Source: Mytilus edulis
Lineage: Eukaryota
Assembly (NCBI RefSeq): GCF_963676685.1
Contig: NC_092344.1
Coordinates: 100,068,001 to 100,132,000, forward strand
Direction: 5' to 3'
Length of the DNA: 64,000 nt
In this document: in pieces, positions 10,923-22,358 of the stretch
Position numbering within the stretch: the first letter of the stretch is position 1
Layout of the letters: every line of letters starts with the position of its first letter
The notes under the pieces: model-generated
The model's database searches: none
Seen by the model: the letters and a program-made list of their open reading frames with translations, nothing else
What the model was told of the DNA's origin: nothing
Program-made: the position numbers and the translations under genes

Positions 10923-13900
10923 CTGCAAATTGAAGTAATATCACAAGATTTCGACGTGCATTGCATTATACTGTTGCATGTTAGTATGTACAGTGAAATA
11001 GCCATCTTTATGTGTATTGTGGTTGGATTTACCTCGCTGAAAGCTCCTACAACAAAAGCTGGTCCAAACATCAATATATCGTGGAGTGAGTTTAAATTGA
11101 AGAATCAGTTTTAGTGTTGTGGGCTGTCTGCCAGCAGTAATGAAATAGAGCAGCAAAGAATATTCTGAGGAAACTGACTCGTAAAAGATATGCCGTACAA
11201 CCAAACAAAATGATGATTTGTTTTATTCGCCGAGATTTTGATTTTTGAAAAATGTAGAATATATACGTACTTACGAACAAAGACTTTCAATCTGTCTTTT
11301 ATGAGGCAAAACAGTGAATTCTTCCGATTCAGATACATTCTGCGACAGTTTCCAAGTACACAGATTAAGTCCAACAAAATCGCATCCGTTTACTGTACTC
11401 AAGACAACTAAAATGAAAAGTTGTCTATCAAAATTCTGTGTTGTCCAGGAGAAAAAAACTGTAATGTGTTGGTTTCATTTTTACAGCACTGGGTCGATAC
11501 CTTTGCCGGTGGACTACCAGTCCCCAGAGGTTTGCGCAACTCAGTAGTCAGTACTTCGGGACTGATATGATTTATAACAAACCTTTCTTAGATGGACCTT
11601 TTATAAATTTTTAAACAATGAAGACACTAAAGTTTCAACTCCCTCAGGCAAAGTGGACAGTAGATGGTTTAGTCTATTCTTTTAAGGCCTTTTTCTTCAT
11701 AAAGCTTCTATTAAAACTGTTTAGAATCTCACACATCCTCGGCTTTCAAATATTCGGCTTTGCGCGCTCCTGATGAAGGTAAAGTCAGACTGAAGTGAAA
11801 TTTTTGTGTTTGCTCTTAATCTATAGAATATCCAGAATATGCTGAAAAGTTAGTGGATATAATGCGGCTTCCTTTAAATCATACTTTGACAGATGGAAAG
11901 TCGGAAGAATACTGAAGTATTATATGAGGAATTCGCTCCACAACTCAGTAAAATATTCACCACAATAACAAAATATGGATATATTATTTAAAGTGTATGG
12001 ATATTGTTTTTTACGGAAGCGTTTTAGCGCCACACTTTTTTTTTATATTTTTCTTCCTATCTTCGCAAAGGTTTGCGTAATATCGCAAAGGTTTGCGTAA
12101 TATCGCAAAGGTTTGCGTTATATCGCAAATGTTTGCGTTATATCGCAAAGGTTTGCGTTGTAACGCAAACCAAACCTTTTGCGTTGTAACGCAAACATTT
12201 GCGATATAACGCAAACCTTTGCGTCACAACGTAAACCTTTTGCGGTATAACGCAAACCTTTGCGTACCTTTGCGTTATAACGCAAACCTATGCGAAATAA
12301 CGCAAAGGCAAACCTTTGCGTTGTAACGCAAACCTTTGCGATAAAACGCAAATCTTTGAGTTATAACGCAAACCTTTGCGAAATAACGCAAACCTTTGTG
12401 AAATAACGCAAACCTCTTGATTTCAATTTTTCATTAAGTTTTGTATGTATATGACCGACTGTCATTCATTTCGTTTGTGGTTTATTAGTAGGTTAAAAAA
12501 GAAACATACATCCATGCAAGGCCAAATTATTATATTAAAAATGCATAAGAATAATGGAATACTTGAAGTTCAATTATACATAAATAAAAACTGATTTGTG
12601 CATAAAAAAAGTATATAATTTAACATGAAAATAGACGCTATATAGGCATATTTAAATTGAAAGATAATTCTTTTTTTTTTTTTTGAAGCAAGAAATCGTT
12701 TTTTAAAATCTCAGAATATGATAAAGATTCTTTGATAGAAAGTCATTGAATTTTCATTTCAATATAGTGAAGTATTTTTAAGATGCTTGGCTAGTAATTT
12801 TAATGGAGAGAACATAATTTTATTAATAAAACATCTTCATTCTGTACATTTATTGTCAAAGGGTAGCTTGTTTAAATCTAACCAACTTTACACAGTTCTC
12901 AAACGGGATCTTACTGTGGAAGTATATTTATATTCGGTTAAACAACTCGTCTAAACATCAACCCAACAATGTTAGATCTGTAAATTTGCTTTCGCAAATT
13001 TTTTGTTCTTCCCTCGCCGGGATTTGAACCCATGCTACTGAGATATCGTGACACCATATCGCCTGCACTGTAGCCGTCCCGCTAGACCACACGACCACCT
13101 GGGCTTCATAAAAATGAAGCTTTCGGTGGCCGGGTGTTACCTTTCCACGTCAGTTTTAATCTAGCGTCGTACTACAGTACATGATATATAAGGCATGGAG
13201 ATGTTATTTTTACAGATCAGATAAATTATCTATAGTAAAGGATCCTACAAATTAATGTAAGATACAGTCACAGAAAATAATTATATTTATAAGTACGTCT
13301 GAGCAGACTTGGGGTAATTGTAATTGTAATCATTAATCAGCTGTAATTGATTACAATTTTTCAAGTAATCATTGTAATCATTAATCAACCAAAAATCTGA
13401 TTACATGTAATTTAATTTAATCAATTACTTTTCAAAATACCCTGTAATCCTGATTACTTTTTGATTACATTCTGATTACAATGAAAAAAATCTTAAACTG
13501 TGTTTATGGTCAATAAATGAACAATTTTGTTATTCTTATTTAATAAATATGTACATCTTAAGATAGTTTGGTTTACTTTATAAAGCATTGATTTGTATAC
13601 TTCAGAAAAAATAAACTGTTACAGTATTGAAAAGTCATCATTATATCATCAAAGTCATCAAAATATATTTTACTGGCCTTAGTAAAATATATTGTACATA
13701 TATTCAAAATTTAAAGATTTACATATATAATATATATTTGATAATAACTGTTATATTCAAGTAATATTATACTTTTCTTTAATCCTGAATTATGATCTTT
13801 TGTTAATATTGTGATTTTTGTCAACTTTGAATTGACAGGTAGGAAACCAATTAAGGTTTGTTTTTATTGCAATTTCCAATTGAGTATAGCTGTAGGACAA

Positions 13901-14314
13901 TGTATATGATAAAAGATTAATCAGACATGTGAAAATTTATCAAATTTTAAGTTGGACAAATATCTTGTTCAAGATAAGCAAATTTTTGTATTTTCTTAAA
14001 TTGGACATGTAAAATGCAATGATTTATAGGACTTATATTTTGTTTACAATTTGATTAAACAATTCTATTAAAATTTTACATAGTTTTTAACTGGTAACTT
14101 TATTTCATCCATATTTTAACTTCCATAAACTGCACCTTGAAATACATATAAAGTCTCAAAGAGGTCAGAAGACAAACAGCAAACTCTAAATGCCATATTC
14201 AATTGAAGTCAAAATAATTAAGAGATCAATGCTGATAAAGTGTAATGGGTAATAACCAGTGACACAATGTTCATGTATGTATGTTGTGAACTTTTGTGGT
14301 TTATTAAATAGATA

Positions 14315-15918
14315 GCATTCAAAAAATCAGAATGTGAATATATATGTTCAAACTCTTTTAGGTCATTTTTTAGTAGCAATAAACAAAAAAAAACTATGTT
14401 AATTGGACATGCTTTGATACTATATATGCCCTTGAATTTTTACTAGATAACATTTTTGTTCGCTTTGGGGATTCCGTATATCGTCAGATTATCGGAATTC
14501 CAATGGGGACTAACTGTGCACCACTTATTGCGGACCTGTTTTTGTATTGTTATGAGTTACAATTTATGACAAAAATAAGCAAAGACCCATCGAAACAACA
14601 TCTGATAAACAAATTTAATAATACTTTTAGATATTTGGATGATATTTTGGCTCTCAATAATGACGACTTCAGTATGTATATTAATGAAATTTATCCTGTT
14701 GAACTTACTTTAAATAAAGCTAATACTAACAATGACCACTGCCCTTTTCTCGATCTTGATATCTATATCACTAATGGAAAGCTGAATACTAAAATTTATG
14801 ATAAAAGGGATGATTTTTCATTTCCTATCGTTAATTATCCGTTTTTAGATGGTGACGTTCCCTTGTCACCATCTTACGGTGTTTATATATCTCAACTTGT
14901 ACGATTCGCTCGTGTATGTAACAATGTTTTAGATTTTAACGAGAGAAATTTATGTATTACTGATAAATTATTACACCAGGGTTTTCGATATCACAAACTA
15001 GTCAAAACATTTACTAAATTTTATCATCGCTATAAAGACATCATTCGTAAATATAGCTCAACATGCAGACTTCTAATACGTTCAGGTATTTCACATCCAA
15101 TTTTTATGGTAATATTCTTTATAAAGCACAAAGGTGTCAGTATTCACCTCAGAAACTTACAAAACCTTTGAATAAACTTATTAAGAAGGGATATAATTAC
15201 GATACTGTTGTCAAGTCATTAAAGATTGCATATTTTGGCGTTAATATTGAGTCACTGATAAGGTCTTTGCATCGGAACTAAACACATTATTTTTTAAAAA
15301 CAGTTGTTGGCATGACACGGGTTATGTTCTTCTCATATATGTTATGATGGTATGATACTAAACCCCTAACGGGAAGGATTGTGCCTGATGTTCATATGAT
15401 GAAATCATAATCTTTCAGTCAGTTTAATTGAAGTCTGGAGCTGGCATGTCAGTTAACTGCTAGTAGTCTGTTGTTATTTATGTAGTATTGTCATTTTGTT
15501 TATTTTCTTTGGTTACATCTTCTGACATCAGACTCGGATTTCTCTTGAACTGAATTTTAATGTGCGTATTGTTATGCGTTTACTTTACTACAATGGTTAG
15601 AGGTATAGGGGGAGGGTTGAGATCTCACAAACATGTTTAACCCCGCTGCATTTTTGCGCCTGTCCCAAGTCAGGAGCCTCTGGCCTTTGTTAGTCTTGTA
15701 TTATTTTAATTTTAGTTTCTTGTGTACAATTTGGAAATTAGTATGGCGTTCATTATCACTGGACTAGTATATATTTGTTTAGGGGCCAGCTGAAGGACGC
15801 CTCCGGGTGCGGGAATTTCTCGCTACATTGAAGACCTGTTGGTGACCCTCTGCTGTTGTTTTTTATTTGGTCGGGTTGTTGTCTCTTTGACACATTCCCC
15901 ATTTCCATTCTCAATTTT
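14315..15918 (+). mobile_element. Duplicate of the truncated Penelope-like (Naiad-type) element
   Basis: Identical ORFs 14503-15171 and 15063-15281; part of duplication copy 2. Confidence 0.85.
15333..15399 (+). promoter_or_regulatory. Type II SECIS-like hairpin (duplicate)
   Basis: Same fold as 3490-3556; one G>A at the single mismatched position of helix II. Confidence 0.75.
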
Positions 15919-17040
15919 AAGTTTGAAGTTATTATTTTCTAATATATATATAAAACAAAATCTTTTCTAAAAAGTGCTTTAGTTGTATCAAATTCATTCA
16001 TATCATTCAAAATGTTTGTTCTTTTTAAATTCATTGTAATCAGATGTAATCATGATTACTTTGCTAATGTAATCATTAATTTAATCAGACACTTTCAGAA
16101 ATGATGTGATCATAAATTTAATTCAATCGTACAAATGACAAAGTAATTGTAATTTAATCAATTACATTGAAAGTAATCGGACCCATCTCTGCGTCTGAGC
16201 CAGTGACAACTCTACAACAGATTTATATTCGGTTATAGCTATATTAGCAGGGTTGATTTTGTTTCTTCGGCATAATCTCAATTTACTCAATTTTCTTTGT
16301 AATATATATAAAAGTAACATGGATATCGTTTTTTGGTGGCCTTTACAGTTGCTGTTGGGTGTGAGCAATTTAATGCTCCGTGTTGAAGACAGTACTTTAG
16401 TCTATGATGGTTTACTTTTACGAATAGTGACTTAGATGGAGAGTTTTCTTATTGGCACTCATACCACATCGTCTTATATTATTCTGCTCATTATTAGTTA
16501 AGGAATGACTGTAATATATTTTCTGTCTATTCAAAATAATATAAAAAATGTGGTGCACACTGAATAACGCGCGTAGCGGGTTATTTAACAGTGTACACCA
16601 CATTTTTTAATGCTATTTTGAATAGACAGAAAAAATATTACAGTCATTTCTTATAATTTAATTCTAAATTCCATTTTAAACCGTAGAAAACCATGAAAAA
16701 ACGTTGATGACGTCACGGTCACATGACTAAATTATGTCTAGGGGCTGATAACAAAATAACGTCAGCCAATCAGAAGACGCGTTACATCCAAAATTAAATT
16801 ATTAAATGATTTGTTCTAATTATTCAAGCATTTTACTTTGCAATGACTACAAAGGTGATAAATTTTAATATATTCAGCCTCCTCCACATATCGCAAATGT
16901 TTGCGTTATAACGCAAAGGTTTGCGTTATTTCGCATAAGAACGTTTCTAAAGTATTTTATTGTATTTTTGTGGCAAAAACTAAAATGACTAATTTTGTTT
17001 GTATACTCACGTATTTTGTATGCCTTTATCAGTAATATAC

Positions 17041-17575
17041 TGTAATGGCCTGACCATTAAGTTTAACCGACGATTGGGCTCAAGCAACAAGACTATCAGG
17101 TGCTGATAATTTATTCTTAAACCAATCTAACAAATGGTAAAAAGCTGAAAAACAAATAAAATACAATTTTACAATGTGTTCAATTAATGTTATTATAACG
17201 AAATGTCAAAGGTAATTGATAGCACAGTCCGTTGAATGCGAGAAAATGTTGTACTTTCAAGGACAGATAAATTCCAGGTATTTCACGGAGAAAAGGTTCA
17301 ATCATACGAAAGGCAATTTGAAGGCTTCAAAAACAATGTTGTAAAGTTAACTCACTCTGTGGTTAGCCACGAATTGTGTCCTAGATGACGTTTGTCTTTG
17401 AAAAGTTCTCCAGAACTGGTATGACCTTGCAATGTTCAGTTTGAGAGAGGGAAAGGTAGCGACGGTACGATGTTTTAACGTTAAAGATGAATAATCCTCC
17501 TAGGTTGGAACACATAATTAGATTAAGAATATAATCAAACGAACTATATAAATTACGGAACGGTGTAACAGAATA
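17041..17575 (-). repeat. 3' LTR of BEL/Pao element
   Basis: Direct repeat of 21824-22358; adjacent to the PPT. Confidence 0.95.
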
Positions 17576-17745
17576 CTCCCCATCTGATGTCTATCTGATA
17601 TCACTTTTCCATAAATTTTTCGAATATGTAAACAAGATTTACACAAATGAATTAATCCCAATATAAATTGAATATATACAGGTGAAATGTCCACTATTTC
17701 GTGTGAGAAATATCAGATCTCAACGATTTTTCACTATAAAGGTTC

Positions 17746-20700
17746 CTAATAAGTACGTTCCACGTGAAACTGGGTAGGCACAGTTTTTTGTCCTTTAGAA
17801 GAAGGGTGTCTCGGACGACATTGTTGTGTTCTGTAGAATGTTCTATTACTGCTGTATCGATAATGGGAACTGTTTTCTCCAACGTAGTTAGACGGCGATG
17901 ACGATCGAAGATAGATCGAAGTATAACAAGAGTTAGTAGTTGGTTGTCTTCCGATTTGGCGATATGACACATCTTTGTGAGTATCAGACGAAATTAGGCG
18001 TTTCGTCATAACGTCCAATCCTGCAGATCTAGTCGCTCTATCTGTATCTGTAGAGTGGCGTCCTCTATGTTTGATTTTGTCGTAGTAATGTCCAAGAAAA
18101 GGTGTTACTCTGTGACGATGTCCAGATAAGACTACTGGTTCCTTTTCACTTATATTCAAGTCAGATTTGACAATACTGCTTCCTCCTCGTAGTAGACGTT
18201 GCTCATGCAATGGCAGATTGAGATTGGCAAGAGGTCCTTCTTTCGGAATAGGTTTGTGAATGCTATTGATTTCCTCTCCATGAACTTTAGGTTCTGTTGA
18301 TTTCGGATTGAAACTTTCTTTATCTATAGATTTTTCTATAGAAGTCACAGATTTTGCTTTTAGTGACGCGAGTGATGTCCCTTTAGATGAATTTGTGCGT
18401 TTACCAGGCTTGGTACTAGGTCCTGTACATTCAAGGGATTGCATTGAATGCGATTTAGCGACCTTGGCATTCGAATGAAGGTTTGTGTCGTTATACTGAA
18501 CAACAATTGGATTCTTGTCCTTGACGGCTATTTCCGGTCTTGAGGCAAGACGTTGTTCTGATTCCGTGATTGAAACGTTAGTTATCTTTGTGTTGACTTG
18601 AATAGGAGAAGTTTGCTTGTCAATGTATGTATTTCCAATTATGACCCAACCAAGTCTCAACTTTTGGGCAAATGGAGTTCGGGATGGTCCTAGGCGTTGT
18701 TCAAGGACGTGGTGTGCCTCTATAAGGTCCCTTCCAATAAGGAGAAGAATTTGACAACGTTCCTCTATTGGTGGAATGCTTCCTCTGAGTTCTTTCAGAT
18801 GAGGATGATGCATTGCAACTTCAGGAGTAGGAATTTCGTCTCGATGATTGGGAATATTTTTACATTCAATTAATGTAGGCAGATCAAATTGTACGTCACT
18901 ATGTACAGATTTTATGACGAAATCTTTTCCTCTTTTCCCGGAAGTAGCTACTCTGCCGGAGCATGTCGTAAGAGAGTAGTTTTCAGGTTTCTCCCGAACG
19001 TTAAACAGACTGAAGAATTCAGGCGAGGCAAGAGACCGGTTGCTTTGGTCGTCAATAATGGCGTACATCCTGATAATTTTGTTTGTCTTGTCCTTGTGGT
19101 ACACGTCCACAGGTAATATCTTGGCACAAGATTTCTCGCTCTTATGATCTTTGTAGATCTCTGTGCAGATCGAACTTACAGAGGTTAACTTTGTTTCAGC
19201 TGACTCTGTCTGCTCCCCGCCGTAGGCTTGTCTGGGTGAGCTAAACTGGGAACTTTCAGATTGTTGTGGTCTAGTGATGTGAAGTGCTGTGGTATGTCGT
19301 TCACTTCCACACTCGTTACAACTGATACTTGCGTTGCAGTCCCGACTTCTGTGTGTGGTTGACTCACAACACTTGTAGCACACATTGTTTTGTCTTAACA
19401 TTTCCTTGCGTTCCTCGATTGGTTTGGCTCGGAATGCTCGGCATTCATTCAAGGTATGCTTTGTCTTGTGTAGGATACACAGATTTTGTTGTTGACTGCT
19501 GTCTTCAGTTTGCTGTTCAACAGCCGTCTTATGGACGTTGACTTTAGAGTACGTCTGAGGTGTGAACCTTGGCGTAGAGTCTTTTGTATTTGGTGTTACT
19601 TTTGATCCAAAGATGAACCCAGGATCGTTCTTAATTTTGCTCATTTCCCTGATGAAGGCAGAGAATTCTGTGAATGGCGGAAAGGCAACTTCATATTTGG
19701 ACTTGTATCTTGAAGCCCTTGTTATCCACTTTTCTTGGAGTCCGTATGGTAGTTTTTCCACAATAGGATTTATACCGGACGAAGAATCGAAATAAGCAAG
19801 CAAACATCCCAGCTTGGGATTTTCCTTGTGATATTCGATTTCTGATAGAATATCAGACAAGTCATAAAGACGTGCGTTATCTTTGTTCGTCAAGGTAGGA
19901 AAATTGACGAGTTTACTCGTGATAGAGGCTTCCAACATTTCTGGAGCACCATATCGCTCATCCAGTCTTTGCCATAACCTCTGTAAGCCTCTAGTAGGGT
20001 TGTTGGCATTTGATGCCCTAATACTCATGGCATGTTTACCAGACTCTGGCCCTAGCCACTTTATCAGTAGGTCTATTTGTTCCGAGTCAGAAACTTGTAA
20101 TTCGTCTATGACGTTTTTAAAGCTTGCTTTCCATGTATGGAAGGATTCTGCCCGATCGTTAAAGCTTGTTAATCGAGAGAAAAGCAGGTCCTTACGCAAG
20201 AGAAATCTAGTAATCTCCGATGTTGGGTTGATTTGTTGCTGGTGTGCAACAGGGATCTCTTCTATTACGCCTTGTTTTTGGTGTGAAACAGGGATCTCTT
20301 CTATAACGTCTTGTTTTGTGCGTAAGACAGGGATCGCTTCTTTACTACCCTGTTTTTGGTGTTCAGCAGGGATCTCATCTGAAAGGCCTAGTTTTTGTAT
20401 GCCGGTTACTAATCCCAGATCTGGGATAAAGGTAACTTCCGGTGACTTATAATTGGAAGGCAAGACAGCAGATGTCTGTGACAGCAAGTTCTGTGCCACG
20501 GATGGCACGAACGCTGGTGCGTCGTGACTCAGCTCGATCTTAACAGGAATTTGTTTTTTCCTTTGAGGTTCTGTTACTTCCTTTACAACAGTTGATACAG
20601 GAAGTTTATTGACGAAATCTTGCACGCGCTGGAGCGGGTCTTCCTTTTCGTCAGGGAGATCGCTATACGCTTGGCTATCATCGTATTCCAGGATACGAGC

Positions 20701-21582
20701 CTCGGCTTCTGCGGCTGCAGCTTCTCTCTGTGCTTCAAGAAGGTTAAATTTGGCTTTAAGTTGGGCCTTTTCTCGGCTTACTCGTGCAGCTTCTTGTTGC
20801 ATTTGAGCCTTCCTGCGCATAGCCTCTTGTTCTAACTGAACTGTTCTCTGTGCGGCCTCCTGAGCGACTTCTTGTTCCATTTTTGCCTTTTTGTGTGCTG
20901 CTTCCTGTTCCATTTCAATTTGTCTGAACAGGGCTTGTTCCTCTAACATTGCTTCCTGTTGTAGGATAATGGCATGTTTTTCTACAAAGGCTATTTTAGA
21001 CTTGGCAGCCTCTGCCTTGGCACGCTTTCTCCGTGCTAGGCTTGACATGTCTGACACGTTAGAGCTACCACTGCGTGAGGTTTTCTTACCTTTTGAGGTC
21101 TTTGTTTTAGTGGATTTGGCCTTTGTTAGGGCGAGTCGATGCTCGTGTAGTTTTTCCATAACAAGTTCCACTTTGGACAGACGTAAATCCAAAGAGAGTT
21201 TACATGCATCAATTTCTTTTTGACTCTCCAATGTTCGGGTCCTTTTCAGAAAGTCTAGGTATTCATCTGTGAGCCTACGATAATTATTACAGGCTTTAAC
21301 AAGTTTGTCCTGGACTGTTAGGAGTTGCTGGAGATCGTTAGGAGGCGTTGTTACTTCCAATAACTGGGATTCAATGTCTGCCCAGAGAGCCTCTAGTTCC
21401 TGACAGAACTTGTCACGTTTTTCAGTGAAAGCTCCTTGTCCTTTTTCCGTGAGGTCACGTACTCGCCTAGCCTCGGGAGTTTCATCTGACTGTGATGTAT
21501 TAGACGGATTTTCTAATAGTTCAGGGACATCTCCTTCTTGGGGCTGAATCTCTTCTTGTTGTTCCACATGACTGGGATCCAT
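17746..21582 (-). CDS. BEL/Pao Gag-protease polyprotein (1278 aa) with in-frame degenerate pol remnant
   Basis: Coiled-coil N-terminus, DUF1759-type Gag (FHTWKASF...RLDERYG), three BEL zinc knuckles (CILHKTKHTLNEC, CYKCCESTTHRSRDC, CNECGSERHTTALH), aspartic protease (YAIIDDQSNRS...LLIGRD...LGWVIIG). No RT YxDD, RNase H or integrase DDE motif. Decayed LRVGGRL/HYH..HQGRH region only. Confidence 0.92.
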   Translation of the reverse strand: MDPSHVEQQEEIQPQEGDVPELLENPSNTSQSDETPEARRVRDLTEKGQGAFTEKRDKFCQELEALWADIESQLLEVTTPPNDLQQLLTVQDKLVKACNNYRRLTDEYLDFLKRTRTLESQKEIDACKLSLDLRLSKVELVMEKLHEHRLALTKAKSTKTKTSKGKKTSRSGSSNVSDMSSLARRKRAKAEAAKSKIAFVEKHAIILQQEAMLEEQALFRQIEMEQEAAHKKAKMEQEVAQEAAQRTVQLEQEAMRRKAQMQQEAARVSREKAQLKAKFNLLEAQREAAAAEAEARILEYDDSQAYSDLPDEKEDPLQRVQDFVNKLPVSTVVKEVTEPQRKKQIPVKIELSHDAPAFVPSVAQNLLSQTSAVLPSNYKSPEVTFIPDLGLVTGIQKLGLSDEIPAEHQKQGSKEAIPVLRTKQDVIEEIPVSHQKQGVIEEIPVAHQQQINPTSEITRFLLRKDLLFSRLTSFNDRAESFHTWKASFKNVIDELQVSDSEQIDLLIKWLGPESGKHAMSIRASNANNPTRGLQRLWQRLDERYGAPEMLEASITSKLVNFPTLTNKDNARLYDLSDILSEIEYHKENPKLGCLLAYFDSSSGINPIVEKLPYGLQEKWITRASRYKSKYEVAFPPFTEFSAFIREMSKIKNDPGFIFGSKVTPNTKDSTPRFTPQTYSKVNVHKTAVEQQTEDSSQQQNLCILHKTKHTLNECRAFRAKPIEERKEMLRQNNVCYKCCESTTHRSRDCNASISCNECGSERHTTALHITRPQQSESSQFSSPRQAYGGEQTESAETKLTSVSSICTEIYKDHKSEKSCAKILPVDVYHKDKTNKIIRMYAIIDDQSNRSLASPEFFSLFNVREKPENYSLTTCSGRVATSGKRGKDFVIKSVHSDVQFDLPTLIECKNIPNHRDEIPTPEVAMHHPHLKELRGSIPPIEERCQILLLIGRDLIEAHHVLEQRLGPSRTPFAQKLRLGWVIIGNTYIDKQTSPIQVNTKITNVSITESEQRLASRPEIAVKDKNPIVVQYNDTNLHSNAKVAKSHSMQSLECTGPSTKPGKRTNSSKGTSLASLKAKSVTSIEKSIDKESFNPKSTEPKVHGEEINSIHKPIPKEGPLANLNLPLHEQRLLRGGSSIVKSDLNISEKEPVVLSGHRHRVTPFLGHYYDKIKHRGRHSTDTDRATRSAGLDVMTKRLISSDTHKDVSYRQIGRQPTTNSCYTSIYLRSSSPSNYVGENSSHYRYSSNRTFYRTQQCRPRHPSSKGQKTVPTQFHVERTY

Positions 21583-21823
21583 GTTGACTCAACGTTGTTG
21601 GGTTGCTGTCGAGTTCACACAAGATATGTAGTCCACTGTCAGTGTAAAGGTATGTAAGTTGCTACGTTGTCGTTCCTTGTCTGGATATGTAAAGACAGGT
21701 TGTCGTCAATTTACTGTACGTCAAGGGATGACGCGTACATGCAGGGCTCAACAGGTAGGTTGCTGTGTAGCTGTGGAGTGGCGTTATCTGTGAGACACAA
21801 CAGGCAAGTTGTAGACTTTTTAC

Positions 21824-22358
21824 TGTAATGGCCTGACCATTAAGTTTAACCGACGATTGGGCTCAAGCAACAAGACTATCAGGTGCTGATAATTTATTCT
21901 TAAACCAATCTAACAAATGGTAAAAAGCTGAAAAACAAATAAAATACAATTTTACAATGTGTTCAATTAATGTTATTATAACGAAATGTCAAAGGTAATT
22001 GATAGCACAGTCCGTTGAATGCGAGAAAATGTTGTACTTTCAAGGACAGATAAATTCCAGGTATTTCACGGAGAAAAGGTTCAATCATACGAAAGGCAAT
22101 TTGAAGGCTTCAAAAACAATGTTGTAAAGTTAACTCACTCTGTGGTTAGCCACGAATTGTGTCCTAGATGACGTTTGTCTTTGAAAAGTTCTCCAGAACT
22201 GGTATGACCTTGCAATGTTCAGTTTGAGAGAGGGAAAGGTAGCGACGGTACGATGTTTTAACGTTAAAGATGAATAATCCTCCTAGGTTGGAACACATAA
22301 TTAGATTAAGAATATAATCAAACGAACTATATAAATTACGGAACGGTGTAACAGAATA
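21824..22358 (-). repeat. 5' LTR of BEL/Pao element
   Basis: Direct repeat of 17041-17575; upstream of the gag ATG (21582); AATAAA about 70 nt from its 3' end on the minus strand. Confidence 0.95.

Larger units (their letters stand above)
17041..22358 (-). mobile_element. BEL/Pao LTR retrotransposon, non-autonomous (Gag-protease only), very recent insertion
   Basis: 535-bp LTRs at 17041-17575 and 21824-22358 with no differences seen by eye. 5-bp TSD TATAC at 17036-17040 and 22359-22363; the empty site is present in copy 1 (~5195-5199). PPT AGATGGGGAG on the minus strand next to 17575. Confidence 0.95.

Noticed and set aside
11490-11800. Possible PLE-associated hammerhead (CCTGATGAAGGTAAAG)
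   Set aside because: Stem II and GAAA are not in register; at most a decayed remnant.
18889-21223. Plus-strand ORFs up to 189 aa
   Set aside because: Antisense shadows of the gag-protease ORF.
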